Of a stretch of DNA of 17,905 nt, positions 16,305 through 17,905 are shown piece after piece. The notes under the pieces were generated by a model. It ran no database searches. It was not told the origin of the DNA and saw only the letters and a list, made by a program, of their open reading frames with translations. Source of the stretch: Candidatus Hydrogenedentota bacterium (GTDB lineage Bacteria; Hydrogenedentota; Hydrogenedentia; Hydrogenedentales; SLHB01). The stretch is taken from NCBI GenBank assembly GCA_045863295.1, contig BTWA01000019.1:90188-108092 (forward strand), in the 5' to 3' direction. Position 1 is the first letter of the stretch. Each line of letters opens with the position of its first letter. Position numbers and translations under genes: made by a program.

Positions 16305-17657
16305 TCACTCCTTAATCAGTGGCATGGGCTGAAAGCCCAACAGGGTTTGCGGTGTCTCAAATAGAATGCTGCGCGCGATGTCGATCGCGGTGGGCAGCGA
16401 ATACTGACCTGTGCGAATCTTCCGCGCAAATACTTCCGCGAGGGCGTGCCGGGCCGTGTGGGCCTTTCCGTACGTCCACTCCACGCAGTATGCGTCGGAA
16501 AAAAAGGCAATGTGCTTGTTCACCGGAAGCATGTCCAGCCGCTCTTCGAATACTTGGCGGATGATCGACGGAAAGAAATTGTGCCACCAGAATCCCGCGA
16601 GCGACAGATTGGGCAACTCCCGGCATAGCGTGCACAAAGATTGGTTCGCGGACGCGGATGCCACAAAACACTGAAATCGCAGGCCCGGATGCCTGTGAAC
16701 GATCTCCGCGAGTTGTACAAGGGTGCGCTGGTACAGCCGGCTCCCGGTCTCGTGCGGAAGCGGTTCCGCCGCGAAGCTGAATTGAAACGCAACATGCGGC
16801 GCATAGGCCTCCAGCGACGAAAGAAACGCCTCCTGAATATACGAAGCGTATATGCTTCGCTCCGCTTCAGTCGCGCGGGATCTATTGCGCAGGGCCGCCG
16901 CCATCTTATCGTCGTCCACCGCGCGCAAGTCGAGATCGGTCGACAAGTGGGCCGCTGTCGTGAGAACGCCGGTTTCAGCGATGTTGCGCACATACTCGTG
17001 CACGGCTTCGTGAATGTCGTCAATCGAAGTTATCCGACGCTCCACCGGCGGTCTTGGACCCGACCCGATAGGAGTCGCAGGGCCGGGTTTTTTGCCCCAG
17101 GCGCTTTCCAGTTCGCACAAGGCCGTATCGAATTCACCCCACCGGCAGCGTGCGAAGAATACCCACTCCAACGAATATTGAAACAGATCGTCGTCGATTC
17201 CGCCTTCTCGCCGGGCCCACTCCGCGCCGACACGCCGGATATTGACGCGGTCCAGAATCGTGCGATGCCATGCCCGGTCGTCCGCGCGCTCGCGTATCAT
17301 GGCGTCCAGCGTTCGCCAGTTGTCCACCGTAATTTCGTCTTGCCAGTCGTAGAGATCCGCGAGAATGTGGCGGATCGTCCACGATGTGCTTGTATTTTGG
17401 ACCAGGGGCAGAAACGGCAGTGCCTCTTCGATACGGCCGTGGGCTTCTGCCTCATCCGTCCAACCGGGATATTCGGTCAACCTCGAACCGGTGGGACAAC
17501 CCGCCGCATAGAGATCGCTGACCCCCATGTGGTACAGAAGAATATCGTGCAGGCCGCGCGCACCCAACTTGCCGCCCACAAGGTGCGTATGGATGTCGAT
17601 GACAGGCACGTCCGCCATTGCGCGGTAGACATCTTCGAGCAACGTATTGCCAAACAT
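16305..17657 (-). CDS. Amidohydrolase-superfamily protein, divergent uronate (glucuronate) isomerase-like
   Basis: PVIDIHTHL (HxH), ILLYH, GFWWH, ERLDML, FSDAY..E..YGK. This layout resembles the Bacillus halodurans Bh0493-type uronate isomerase (comparison from memory). Confidence 0.72.
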   Translation of the reverse strand: MFGNTLLEDVYRAMADVPVIDIHTHLVGGKLGARGLHDILLYHMGVSDLYAAGCPTGSRLTEYPGWTDEAEAHGRIEEALPFLPLVQNTSTSWTIRHILADLYDWQDEITVDNWRTLDAMIRERADDRAWHRTILDRVNIRRVGAEWARREGGIDDDLFQYSLEWVFFARCRWGEFDTALCELESAWGKKPGPATPIGSGPRPPVERRITSIDDIHEAVHEYVRNIAETGVLTTAAHLSTDLDLRAVDDDKMAAALRNRSRATEAERSIYASYIQEAFLSSLEAYAPHVAFQFSFAAEPLPHETGSRLYQRTLVQLAEIVHRHPGLRFQCFVASASANQSLCTLCRELPNLSLAGFWWHNFFPSIIRQVFEERLDMLPVNKHIAFFSDAYCVEWTYGKAHTARHALAEVFARKIRTGQYSLPTAIDIARSILFETPQTLLGFQPMPLIKE

Positions 17658-17862
17658 GGGGAACCCCTGGTTTCAAAAGAGGCGGGATTATAACGGAAGC
17701 GGCGTGAATGCGGCATCCTGCCGCTACCCGGCCGAGGTTCGACCGGATGAGATGGCGGCAACGGGCCGGATTAGTGCGGGAACGATGGTTTGGGCGTTTC
17801 CCTATCGCGCAACGTGGTACGCCGGCCTGCCGATGCAGCAAGCGTAGAGGGATTAGACTGCT

Positions 17863-17891
17863 TTAACTTATTATGCCTACGGTGATATACT
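17863..17891 (+). promoter_or_regulatory. Putative promoter facing out of the right edge of the window
   Basis: TTAACT (17863-17868), 17 nt spacer, TATACT (17886-17891), with TGn extension; ATG at 17898. Confidence 0.45.
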
Positions 17892-17905
17892 GTGGTCATG
17901 AGATC

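Noticed and set aside
5304..17693. Other long opposite-strand ORFs (5304..6230, 7779..8825, 11040..12260, 15502..16332, 16641..17693)
   Set aside because: Each lies antisense to a well-supported gene, a common artefact of GC-rich codon usage.
1..17905. CRISPR arrays, transposases, rRNA, riboswitches or T-box elements
   Set aside because: No regularly spaced repeats or recognisable motifs for these were seen.

Overview
GC-rich bacterial chromosomal segment. The two DUF1559/H-X9-DG prepilin-like genes suggest Candidatus Hydrogenedentes or a PVC-like lineage (inference, not searched). Gene order: 5' part of rpsA (minus strand, runs off the left edge); divergent tRNA-His(GUG), hisS and a GNAT gene; DUF493 and an APC amino-acid permease; two tandem prepilin-like DUF1559 genes, each with its own sigma70-like promoter, palindromic operator and terminator, divergent from a LacI-family regulator; an ECF sigma / anti-sigma / beta-propeller lipoprotein operon with an ECF-type autoregulatory promoter; an AT-richer toxin-first RelE/ParE-type TA pair; and a probable sugar-catabolic operon (divergent uronate-isomerase-like amidohydrolase, DhnA-type class I aldolase, secreted internally duplicated protein). 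The main finding is that the tRNA-His lacks the near-universal bacterial G-1:C73 identity element. It has U-1, G1:U72 and A73, and it sits directly upstream of a HisRS with the signatures of the alphaproteobacterial G-1-independent enzyme. This looks like a physically linked alternative tRNA-His/HisRS identity pair in an apparently non-alphaproteobacterial genome. All family assignments come from motif recognition by eye; no searches were run.
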